Shown: positions 52,566 through 64,000 of the stretch, in pieces | Position numbering within the stretch: position 1 is the first letter of the stretch | How the letters are laid out: each line of letters opens with the position of its first letter | Assembly (NCBI GenBank): GCA_964247055.1 | Contig: OZ176050.1 | Coordinates: forward strand, 14,632,001-14,696,000 | Reading direction: 5' to 3' | Source: Paragordius varius | Taxonomy: Eukaryota; Animalia; Nematomorpha | Length of the DNA stretch: 64,000 nucleotides | The notes under the pieces: model-generated | What the model saw: the letters and a program-made list of their open reading frames with translations, nothing else | What the model was told of the DNA's origin: nothing | Database searches by the model: none | Position numbers and translations under genes: made by a program

Positions 52566-53341
52566 TAACAATAATATTTTTATGACAAGTCAAATCTTTT
52601 TAATTACATTTCAAAACGCACACAAAAAGTAATATTTTGTATCTATAATTCAACTAATTTCTTATTCGGAATACAAATTTAATATTTATTCTGCATTTTT
52701 TTACTAAATACATTATGATAAGCTTCCCTTTTTTGTATTTTTTTAAATTGTATAGAATTGTTTAAAAGAATTTTGCCTACAGGCCCCGTCCAACATTCCA
52801 AAAATTAATTGTTATGATTAAAACTTTGACATTCTTACAAATATACGACTAATATTATCATTAAAAATGGAAGTAAATTGATTAATTTTCAGGATATTTT
52901 ACACAAATATAGGTAAAATGTTAAATTTGAAATAGTATACGCAACCAAATTTATTACACGATTCTAAATACAGTAAAAATTATATTTTATACGGACAAAA
53001 CGACGCAATATAAGGACAAATATTTATATTTTAAAGACAACCATACGTTTTAAAAGCTTAATTTTTTTATATAAACTATTTAGTTACAATTTCAAAATAA
53101 ATAGTTGATTAATATATACATCTCTATTAAACACCTTGTCATTGAATATTGAAAAAATCATGATTTAAAAAGTATGGTGGTTTGATATATTAATTTAATA
53201 ATTTTTTCTTACCGTACTTATATAAATAAAGTTATTTTTTGTAAAAACAGTTGTTAAAATCCGAAAGGATAATTAAATATAATTAAATGAAATTATAAAT
53301 AGAAATTATAAACGATATGTGAAACCCTTCGTCAATAGTAA

Positions 53342-53382
53342 TCGCAGACTAGTTTCGTGCTTGTTAGCACTCATCAGTATGA
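53342..53382 (-). ncRNA. Minimal type I hammerhead ribozyme (mirror copy)
   Basis: The reverse complement reads TCATA-CTGATGA-GTGCT-AACA-AGCAC-GAA-ACTAGT-C-TGCGA; the core is intact, with one stem I mismatch. Confidence 0.82.
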
Positions 53383-53717
53383 CACAACTATTTGACTTGG
53401 GATTTTCACATATCGATTTCGTATATATCTCCAACTTTGCAATTTTGGTATAAATGCAGTTGGTTTACGAATTTAAATTAAAATAGAGTGCTTCTTAGTT
53501 ATTAAATTGATTTCTGTGAAATCCCTAAGTAGCTATACTCTAAATCTAGGCTCACCCCTAGAGTTAATTTTCAGTTTATTTTCAAATTTTCAGTTTAATT
53601 TTCATAAATTACATTAAAATTTATAAATTCGTATAACCAACTGCATTTATACCAAAATTGCAAAGTTGGATATATATACGAAATCGATATCTGAAAACCC
53701 CAAGGTAAATAGTTGTG

Positions 53718-53758
53718 TCGTACTGATGAGTGCTAACAAGCACGAAACTAGTCTGCGA
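53718..53758 (+). ncRNA. Minimal type I hammerhead ribozyme
   Basis: TCGTA-CTGATGA-GTGCT-AACA-AGCAC-GAA-ACTAGT-C-TGCGA: intact CUGAUGA/GAAA core, 5-bp stem II, palindromic ACUAGU stem III, GUC cleavage triplet (after 53753) and stem I TCGTA/TGCGA. Confidence 0.88.
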
Positions 53759-56458
53759 TTACTATTGACGAAGGGTTTCACATATCGTTTATAATTTCTA
53801 TTTATAATTTCATTTAATTATATTTAATTATTCTTTATCGTTATAAAAACGGATTTTAACAACTGTTTTTACAAAACATAACTAATCCGTTAATTACCAT
53901 TACAAAGTTATTTTTTACTTTCTCAACTCTAAAATATAAAAAGCAGTTTTTTTTGTAGTAGTTTTTGGTTGTTTTAATTTTACCAATATACATTAAAAAT
54001 ATTGAAGAATCTAGTTATATTTTACAAAACTTTTATTAACAAATTTACAGTAAAAATTGAAATTATACGGAGGACAAAATGGAAAAATATAAAGTAACAT
54101 TTTTTTTATAAAAGATAGCCAAACTTTACAAATCCTTTAAATTAAATATAAATCATTGTTTGAAAGGGCTAAGTTCGTAATAGAGATGTGAAATGTTAAC
54201 ACAATCAATTATGTATCGCACGATTATACGATAAATTATTTGAAAAAAGATTTTGTCTTTATATTTTTAATCATTATTTTTACGTTTTGTCCGTATAATT
54301 TAAATTTTTACAGTATTTTTAACAAAATATTAACATATACCCCAAATTTTAGGATATATATAAAGATACAAAGAGACATACCGCAAATAGGAGATTTGAA
54401 ATGGCAGCACTAAGGACTATGATGCAAACCAATGGCATAGCTATCATATAACCCCAAAATAATTTGTGATTGCGCTAATTAATATATAAAACATAGTTAT
54501 TCAGAAAAAATTTTTAAGAGCAAACATTATACAGGTTAAAATATATGCCAGTGTTATATTTGACATAAATTTACATTGAGCAAATTAATAAATTTTATAT
54601 ATTTGTATAATATATTTGGAAATCTGGCATTTCACAGAGAAAAGGATATGATTGTTGAAATTACTTTAAGAATTCCTTGAATCAAGAGTAAACTTGTTAT
54701 AACCATAATCGAGCTCAAAAATATTTCAACGCCCCAGGTGCCCTTAAACACTATAAATATAAATGGTAAAAATCAAATTATACGGACAAAACGTAAAAAC
54801 ATAAAGACAAATGTTTTTTTCTAAAAGACAACCATACTTTTTATCAATGTTTTTCATATGAGTTACTAAGTTACAATTGTAAAATATAGATTTGATTATA
54901 TTATATATCTCTATTTAACACTTTACCATTTAAAACAATGAGTTATATTGTAATAAATCAAGATTTAAAAAGTAGAAAAATATTTGTCTTTATATTTTTA
55001 CGTTTTGTCCGTATAATTTCAGCTTTTACTGTAATATATACGGTAAAAATGAAATTATACAGGTAGACAAATATTTTTTTCGAAACGAAAACCACACTTT
55101 TATAAACCAAAGTTTTTACTAAAATTAAAAATTTCATTATAAAATGTGTAATTGATTACACATGACTACAAATTTTAACTTTTTTTAACTGCCATTCTTG
55201 TAAATTTAAAATTTATTTCATTAAAGTACATAATTAATATATATGAAAAGAAAATTGGTCTTACATGGAAGAATTTTTTTATATTAGAGTTTATCGATAA
55301 TTTTTGGCTTCGATTTAACATTAAATTCGAAATTTCAAAAATTTTAAGTTTTAGATATGAAGCCATGTATTTTATATCATTCGAAAGAGCGCAAAAAACT
55401 GCATCTTTTAAATGGTAGTAAGCCATTTAAATCCATCGGATGTAATAGTTATTTGGATTTAAATGGTCAAAATTTTCAATCCTTAAATAAGTTAAGAATT
55501 TTCACAGACAAACTAATTTGAAAATCATATAAATTATTTTAATATAATTATTAGGGTTATATTAGTATTTAATTTAAAAAAAATGTTTGGAAAAACTTTT
55601 GGTTTGCTTATTTTATAAAAATTATTATTATCATAAATATTTTACCTAGTGGATACTAAAATGCATAGTTATAACTGTAAATTTATTACATAATGGCTAT
55701 AAAGGATCAATACTTTAACCTTTGTTTTTATCTTTAAATTTTCGAAATTATCAGCCTTGTAAAGAAAATAAATTAATATTGATGAGATGGTAATTTTTAA
55801 AAAACTAAAAACTTTAAAATGGCTGTTTTGAGTGACATAAAAGCAATAAAAAATGTTTTAATCAAAAAATTTGTGTTATCTTTTTTGGACATTCATCTCC
55901 ATCTAAACAAAGTTTGAGCTATTTTCATCCATTAGTTTTAAAAATATAATAATTAAAAAAAATGCTCTCGCTTCGTGCGTTTGTCGCTCTTTGTGTCCAA
56001 TATTAACTGTCGATGTAATACATATTAGTATACATTTTATAGAGTTTTTAATACTCTTTCGAATGATATACTACAAATGGGCATTACTTGTATATTTTTA
56101 AAGAAAAACATTTTTTAGTAAAATTTTGATAAAGAGGGCGCATAATCTAAAAAATCAAATTATACAAAATTCTTCCAACGTGTTTTGATTTTTATTTCAG
56201 ATTTACTGTTAAAATGATATTAAATATTGAAAAATGCAAAAAACTCGAGTGGCAGAAAAATTTGTTGTCTAGTGTTATGTAACCAATTTATATCTCTATT
56301 TTCTACTTTGTAGTTTTAAACAAAGAGCTTATTTGAAAAATCAAGTTTAAAAAGTTTATCGGTTATTTGAAAAAATTTATTTCTTTATGTCATTTTGTCT
56401 GTATAATTTTAATTTTTACGGTATGATTGACTTTTAAATTAACACTCATTCTTGCAAA

Positions 56459-56727
56459 TATACCATTTACAATTCAAAACCGTCATTATTTTTTAAGATT
56501 AAAAATCACCTATATTTTTACATATAAAATTTTGGTATAATTTAAAATAATACTGAAAAAATTATAAACTATGCCATAAAGATATATTTTATATTAATAA
56601 TGAGTTATAATAGTTCGAAAACACATAATTTATTTTTAGGGTGAATTTGAATTGTTCAAGGGTGAATTTGAATTGTTCGAGGGTGAATTTGAATTGTTTA
56701 AGGGTGAATTTGAACTGTAAATGGTAT
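56459..56727. mobile_element. MITE family Y with 21-bp AAGGGTGAATTTGAATTGTTC subrepeats and TACCATTT termini
   Basis: Left end TATACCATTTACAATTCAAA; right arm GAAAACACATAATTTATTTTTAGGGTGAATTTGAATTG.. ending AAATGGTA. Related arms lie at ~37019-37148, 37999-38050, 40644-40705, 44059-44130 (inverted) and 44245-44320. Confidence 0.78.
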
Positions 56728-58634
56728 CTTATATAATGGATTATAAATTACATTATTCTTGAAACTCGAAAGTTTTAGAATATGTGTCCGGGAACCGATA
56801 TACGGCAACTTAAAATACAGCAGTTTCAAAAAATTAAATCACCAAAAACGTTAGAATCATAGTTTTCTAAAAATAAGTTATCTACTCAAAGGGTTACTTA
56901 AATTCATGAAATTTATTATTTCCCCTAATTTATAAAACAGACAGGTTTTTTTTGCTTTCTTTACAATTTAAAAGTCTCTCTTATGAATTCTGCATTCGCC
57001 TAAATCTATAATTAACATAAGGCAGAACATATGTAATGGACAAAAAAAATAAATTTGATATTTGCCTTTTACATATATTTTCACCCGTACGATTTTATGT
57101 AAACCATTTCCGATCTTGAAAAATTTTAGAGAATACTCACTAAGATTTATATTTGGATAAAGATTTTGATACCTGCAGATACATTAATTGGCCATGGGTT
57201 GTCTTGGACATGTTCAACTTTATTCCACCACTTTAAGTAATAGGCTCGAGTCCCTATTTCCACTGTGAAAAATATCTAAAAATATGAAAATCCAAATTTT
57301 TGTAAAAGTTAGCGTTTTTTTTAAATATAGTCTACCTTAATATGTCAATATAATGACATTTATTACAATTTAATTTTTCTGGCTTTATTATATTATTATT
57401 ATTATTAAATATTTGAATCACAATAAAAAAATTTAAAATGCAAATCGCTAAAATATTCTATTGAAAACTTGGATAAAGTTATGTTCAAATTTACACCTTA
57501 ATATTAATACCAATCAATTAAAATCATATCATATTTTCAAAAAAATTTTTAATGAAAAATAGCGAGGAATATAACATAAATTATCTAAATAATAAAAATT
57601 ATTTTAGACATGAAACGAATATATATATATATGTATATATTTATAAAGTTATTACCAAAGAGAATATAGCAGTCATGAGACTCCCTACCCTTAGTGGAAT
57701 ACAAAATAGGCATGCTTTGCAAATCGTCATTTAAGGTTATAATTTCACACTATAAATTTTGTTTGCGCACATTATAAAAAAATGAAAATTAAAAAATAAA
57801 TATTGAAAACCCTATATTTTTAACACTAAAAATGGTTTGTAAAACTTCCGCATTCATTTTCATCATTTATAGCTATAGTAGTTAATGGCAATATATATAT
57901 ATATATATATAACATAGCTAAAAGCTATGTAAAATAGCGCGCGCTAATTTTATTTTACTTTCTTTTTTATTTCTCATTCACAACAAATAATAATTTTATT
58001 ATAATTTTTATCCAAAAAAAGTAAAAAAAAACCAATAACCATCTATATTCCATTAATTAGTATAGTTGAATTTATCATAATTTTTTGCCAAAATATAATG
58101 AGATTAATGCCAAATCAATATATATCTAGTTATAGAAATAATAGAAGCATTGTTGTCGAATTTTTTGGGTCAAATGTTTACCATTTTATATTTTTTGTTG
58201 CAAATAATGCTTGTTGGTATTTTTCTAGGTGTATACCATAAATAATTTAAGAGTTATAACCAAAGATATAATATCTTTAAAATGTAATTTTATTATTACT
58301 GCCTAAAAATTAATTTATGCCTTATACACTGACTAATTGCCCATATTGTCCGGTTTTCGACCAATTAATAGTGCATTATATTAATCCCCAATAATTTGGT
58401 GCGTTTATTTATGTAGTATATACCACTTTCGGAACTTTAAAAAACATGAAAAGTCTCAGTTTACAAAGGATGTCAATAAAAATGATCTATGGAATACTAA
58501 TTATTTGTCCTGAGTCACAAAAACTAATGGATAGAATCTAATTTGCGTCAATAAGGTATGTTGCTGCAATTTGATTTTCTCTTTCATATAATTCGCAATA
58601 TCCTAGGATTCCCATGGAATTTAAGAGGCACTAT

Positions 58635-60077
58635 ATATACCATTTCCCAGTCTAAATAAACGTTTTCCCAGTCAATCGAAACATTTTCCCAATCAATCGA
58701 AACGTTTTCCCAGTCAATCGAAACGTTTTCCCAGTCAATCGAAACATTTTCCCAGTCAATCGAAACGTTTTCCCAGTCAATCGAAACATTTTCCCAGTCA
58801 ATAGAAACATTTTCCCAGTCAATAAAAACATTTTCCCAATCAATAAAAACGTTTTCCCATTCAATAAAAACGGTTTTATTTTTGATGATAAATATCAAAA
58901 CAAGACATAAAAATAACTTTCAGCCATTATCAGCGTAATATTAGGATATTATTTTTTGATAAAAACACAATTATTGAATGACCATTTTCCAAGTATATTC
59001 CTGCACAATCATTAATGACTTATTCTTTAAAAATAATATTTTTGGATTTTAAGATGTTTTTAAGATAATATTTTTGGTTTTATTGATGGTTCGCATTAAT
59101 ATTTGCCGAACGCTTCAAAACAGTTTCTAAACATTTCAAGTTTTTCCATAAAAATTCTGTCGGAAAAAATATTTAAACAAAAAATTTTTTCGATAAAAAT
59201 GTTTTTGATTTAAAAAATTTAATAAAAAGATATTAGAAAACAGGGGTGTCTAACCAAATGGCTTCGCGGGCCGCATTACTCAAAAAGCACAGCGTTCCGA
59301 ATTTGATATATTTCATTAATAATTTTTCGATTAGACATAAGACTGTAAAATACAAAAATATAACATTTTTTTAATTTGTTACCAATTTAATAGACTCATT
59401 CAGAATAATTGCGTAAGAAGTATGAATATTACTAAGATTTTGTGGGCATATTTTTGCATATGGATTTCCAAATTTTTCGCGGGCCGCACAAAGATACTCG
59501 GCAACCCGAGTTGGGCACCCGATCAAATAAATATTATAAAATTCCAATATGAAAGGTCAAATGGCCTTTGAGATAAAAATGGTATATTATTTTTATTTTT
59601 AATATTTCATCCGTAACTATAGATTTTGTAAGTTAGCCGCAAATAATGCGAATACATCTCAAATTCCAAAAATATTATTTTTAAAGAATAAATCATTAAT
59701 GATTGTGCACTGGAATATACTTGGAAAATGGTCATTCAATAATTGTGTTTTTATAAAAAAATAATATCCTAATATTACGCTGATAATGGCTGAAAGTTAT
59801 TTTTATGTCTTGTTTTGATATTTATCATCAAAAATAAAACCGTTTTTATTGACTGGGAAAACGTTTTTATTGATTGGGAAAATGTTTTTATTGACTGGGA
59901 AAATGTTTCTATTGACTGGGAAAATGTTTCGATTGACTGGGAAAACGTTTCGATTGACTGGGAAAATGTTTCGATTGACTGGGAAAACGTTTTGATTGAC
60001 TGGGAAAACGTTTCGATTGATTGGGAAAATGTTTCGATTGACTGGGAAAACGTTATTTAGACTGGGAAATGGTATAT
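58635..60077. mobile_element. Foldback-type non-autonomous element (family Z), second copy
   Basis: ATATACCATTTCCCAGTC...GACTGGGAAATGGTATAT with ~420-bp inverted arms and about 10 21-bp subrepeats per arm; the core is homologous to that of the 49.4-kb copy. Confidence 0.88.
59241..59521 (+). mobile_element. hAT/Charlie-like MITE module nested in the family Z core
   Basis: CAGGGGTGTCTAAC..CGCGGGCCGCA..CGCGGGCCGCA..GTTGGGCACCC. The homologous module is at 49984-~50260. These motifs are typical of Charlie-group hAT MITE ends (from general knowledge). Confidence 0.6.
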
Positions 60078-60862
60078 CATTTACATATACCATGTGTAAT
60101 CAAAAGTTATTACGGTTTAACTAGGATTAGATGTCAGAGAAAAGTGCGCACACGAATTTGACGCAGAAACCATTTTGTTCATATTATAAATAATACACGC
60201 AATTTGAAGTCGCCAAAACTATCAATCAGTAATCATGTCAAATTTTATGTCTTTCTTGCTTTATCATAAAAAGGCGGTTAAAATCATTGCTTGCTGTAGA
60301 AATATATGAAGATGATCCAGAAATTAAATAATGGTTTTAAAAATTATAAAGTTGTGAAAGTTGTGATTCAATGTGCAAGAGATTAGACACTCTGATAGAC
60401 CACATAAATGAGAAAACGATAAATAAAAGTTATTGGATGATGACCCCATTAAAACTCAGAACCATTACATATATAACAAAAAACAATCAGTAGCGTCCTT
60501 AAACAATAAGAATGATTATTAAATTTGGTGTATTAGTGTCCCAGGATGGACATAAAATGGAAAATCACAAATTTATATGTTATATTGCGTCAATGTCACT
60601 AAAGGAAATTATTTTTGCAACGAATTGTCACGGGTAATATAGGCTTTATTTGGTAAAAAGCGGGAAAAAATGTGACTTTCACCATGCCATACCGGAATAT
60701 CAACATAATTAAATTGCCTCGGCAAAACCATGATATGTGTCAGGACGGATCAGAGGAGTTTTGTATGTTGTAGATGTTTAAAGCCTGCTGAAAACATTGA
60801 TATCCAACGCTTCGTCAATAAATCAAAAATTAAACCATGAATTAATTGGAAAGCGACCGGAA

Positions 60863-60898
<36 letters not shown>

Positions 60899-60964
60899 AT
60901 TGCTCCGACCTACACAGCACAATAGCAGTTAAGACACCGAAAAATCGTTTCATTAGGAAATCCA

Positions 60965-61110
60965 TCGGCACCGGCTTACATCCCTGACCAGGCACCATCT
61001 TTCTACGTCTTTGCATAAATGAAGCATACGCTCATAGATAAGCTTTCCTATATATTATCGAAGACGTTGGAAAATTGCTTGACGATTGGTTTGCTGCAAC
61101 TAAGAGATAG
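60965..61110 (+). pseudogene. Mariner (Mos1-like) transposase C-terminal remnant
   Basis: Translates with a stop and a frameshift to PAYIPDQAPSFYVFA*MKHTL...EDVGKLLDDWFAA, matching the mariner YSPDLAPSD..LF..M.HAL...W LD.WFAA motif. Confidence 0.8.
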
Positions 61111-63324
61111 CGGAAAGAGCAGACGCTGATAAACTATAATATTTAAAATATAGGATTTTTAAAGAGTTTTTACCAAAAACCGGTAAAGACTTAAGATTAT
61201 ATTTGGTAAAGACTAGTAAAGACACTATTTTATTTTTGGATAAATCCTATTGACAAATAAAAATATATACTAATGACCTGTTGCGTTTCAATCACAATGC
61301 TTATATGAATTAATTTTTGTACTTTTAAATTCATTTTTTACCATATTAAAGAGTTTAGCAATCTAACGATATGGCATTCAAATACATCTCTATATTAATG
61401 CGCATCTTGTAATGTTTATCTCTACCTACCTACCTGATTATTTTTAATATTTCCGTTATCTGATGTCAAAGAATGATTAGTTAAGTCCTAAAAAGTTTTA
61501 TATTTCTAAACAATTTTTACCGTCCGTAAACCTTTTCCATTGGCATATGCCGCTCCTCAATCATTCGATGGTTTTATTGGCTTAGCTTTGCGAACACTCT
61601 TTGGTTGTTTACTTTAAGATTGAAATAATTATTAATAAACAGTGCATAAAAACGAGGGGTGGGGGTATAAAAATATCCTGATGAAATATACATATATTTT
61701 AATAAAATAATGTATCAGTATCATGATGCTTTTGGTTTTGGGCCTTAAAGATAAGTAAGTTCCCAGTTCGAGCCCACCCTGTGTAAAAACGGCTTTTTTG
61801 AAAAAAGAAGTCTACAAAAATTGTGTAGAGACAATTTTCCGGAAAACGTGTTTGATCATTTGATTTTCAATATGATTGTTTCTACTTTTTGTCGATGGCG
61901 CCGAACATAGTCGGCTCGCTTTTTTAATTTAGGCCGTCTTTTTACCCGCTACCCCGTAAAATGCCATTTTTTCAAAAGAATTTAGCCCACATAAATAAAT
62001 GTTTGAATATATTTTTGGCCCAAGGTATGAGACCGTAAAAATTAGCTAAATATCCAAGGTATTCCCTGTTAAAAGGCTAAAATTTTAGTCATGTCTTTTT
62101 TTATATTGGCTGCTGGGTAAATAGATATGCTACTGCCCCATCATATCTAGCTGCTAGGTAAACAGATACCTGCAACTCCCCCGTCATATATAGTGTGCCT
62201 AGTTTAATAAATGCTCATAATATTACCCGCCCGTAACTAGGCAAAAATTTAGGTCTTGCGCTTTTTTAAAAATTAGCCGTTATTTTGGTCCTTCTCACCT
62301 TAATAAATATGCCACCATTGAATGATTTTTTAGTTTTCAGGTAAATTTCTAAAAACTAATGAGAGCATATGGAATCAATCTTGATTTCAGGTATTATCCG
62401 TAAAAAGGAAAAAATATAATCAAATGCTTTTTTTGTATCAGCTTCTGGGTTGGAACTGCACCACCATATCGAAATCACGGTGTTTAATTTTCAGAAAACT
62501 TATCAGGCCATATAAGTTTAATAAGGGCCTGAAATATTGCCCGTAAAAAGGCCAAAATTACAGTAGAGCAATTTTTTCAGTTAGCCGTCAATTTGGGGCC
62601 TTCACACCAACAATATATTAGTAAGAATGTACGGTTTAAAAAATTTTAGAAGCATCGTTTTGAAAATCCTATGAGATCATAACTATTAAATAATCTTTCG
62701 AAATAATCCACATATATGGATCACAATTTTTTTGAGCCCTTTTTTCAAATAGCGGCTTCGCAGGCCTCTTACATTATCATATTTACCACGGTAAAATACT
62801 TAAAAAAATTTATTTAGCAATTTTAATTTTATAAAATCATGTGCCAAGATAGCTTATGGGTACAAAACTACAACGTGTAATCTTTTATGAAAAATAAAAA
62901 ATGATTGATTATAACATATGTTAACATTTTTACAATTTCTTTTGTTTATTGTTATCTATCTTAAAACAAATTACATCCATAACTACCTGTTGTTAAGGTT
63001 AACTATCACGAATATAAAATAATGTGATAGTTATTTAATTGCTATATATTTATATTTTTATGAAAGTAATTTGGATGATATCATACAAAACAAATAAAAT
63101 AAAGATAATTCATGATGGTATTTGCACGATATATGCAGATATTAACTAGTAAACTAATGGATATGCTATTTACATCATAATACAAAAATATAAATATAGA
63201 CTATGAAAATATTATCCTCACTCCAATTTGTATCACACATACGAAAAAATATAATTATAAATATTTGCATCCGCTAAGGTTTGGTTTTCTCAACGAGGCC
63301 CCTTTTACCTTGTAAAGGGAGAAA

Positions 63325-63690
63325 GAACTGATACCGCAGAAGTAGACATACTGAGAACCAGTACTTATATCACACCGCTTACATTGGCCACGCTGACTGT
63401 CAACGTACAGAAAGCAAACGGAGAGCGGAGAATCTGTAGCGATTCTAGAATTACGATCAATAAATGGCTGCAGAGGACTCCCACATTATACAATGATTGA
63501 TGATTGAGTAAGTAAGATTGACGAAGGACAAGCTTTTAATAAGATTGATCTGTAAGACACCTACCTCCCCAGGTAACAATTTCAAGGCAAAAAAGATTCG
63601 TCCGTTACAAAGGATGCCATTCAGATTGTCAGGAGCCGATAATCTTTCAGCGAGTTATGGACCAGTTTAACAAGTAATGGCCCGGATGGC
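63325..63690 (+). pseudogene. Ty3/gypsy reverse-transcriptase remnant
   Basis: Fragments VNVQKANGERRICSDSRITINKWL, IDD*VSKIDEGQAFNKIDL*DTY and PIIFQRVMDQ match gypsy RT motifs (V.K.NG..RIC.D, F.KIDL..AY, FQR.MD); multiple stops and frameshifts. Confidence 0.82.
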
Positions 63691-64000
63691 GTGAGAAAGC
63701 ATAGATCGAATGAAACGCGTCGACACACCCAACACATAATGTTACCTTTCAAACTAGTTGTATTTCTTTTGTGTGTGTATGATACAAAAGTTCTCCAAAG
63801 GGTGTAGTGATGTTATATATGCAAATTTTAAATATATATATGTATGATATAGTTTTTAGTAAGATTTGCATTGTCCTATTTATAAATTTTTGTATCATGT
63901 AAATAACATATCCATTATTTTCATGAAATTTTATTTGTTTTATTTGATATCATTCAAATTATCACTTAAAATATTATATAAAGAGTATAAAAAACGAATA

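Larger units (their letters stand above)
53230..53883. mobile_element. Penelope-like (pLTR/retrozyme-type) inverted duplication
   Basis: Arms ~53230-53484 and ~53616-53883 are reverse complements (roughly 90-95% identical by eye) around a ~130-bp spacer, each carrying a hammerhead motif. Confidence 0.72.

Noticed and set aside
57235-57265. tRNA or tRNA-derived SINE from B-box-like GGCTCGAGTCC (also GTTCGAGCCC near 61768)
   Set aside because: No A-box or cloverleaf could be built.
58584-60093. ORFs encoding IDWENVS / LTGKMF / FPVNRN heptad repeats (also 49430-49657 and 50960-51187)
   Set aside because: They are by-products of a 21-bp (3n) tandem repeat inside transposon TIRs, open on both strands and in several frames.

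Overview
Very AT-rich eukaryotic, most likely metazoan, genomic DNA. There is no rRNA, tRNA, CRISPR or operon-like structure. Bases ~1.7-35.2 kb form a macrosatellite of four ~8.0-8.6 kb units. Each unit is modular: an A-rich 20-bp minisatellite, a T-rich CAGTTG/CAGCTG minisatellite, and a unique AT-rich segment with TTAGGG/G-quadruplex cassettes. The units are joined by an identical 226-bp templated insert. Just right of the array lie a C14 tract, a 26-bp hairpin and a ~0.6-kb GC-rich island with two 17-nt GT-AG intron-like segments and two overlapping frames interrupted only by TGA. Next are an unidentified multi-exon + strand gene (~37.2-41.1 kb) and a convergent polyprenol reductase gene (SRD5A3/DFG10 family, 42.1-45.7 kb, minus strand). 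The reductase reading frame requires 25-nt and 22-nt introns alongside 0.9- and 1.6-kb MITE-filled introns. The rest is transposon-derived: several TA-flanked MITE families, two long-TIR foldback elements with 21-bp subrepeats, a Penelope-like inverted repeat with two outward-facing minimal hammerhead ribozymes, and mariner and Ty3/gypsy remnants. All alignments, translations and counts were done by eye; repeat boundaries are approximate and no database search was run.
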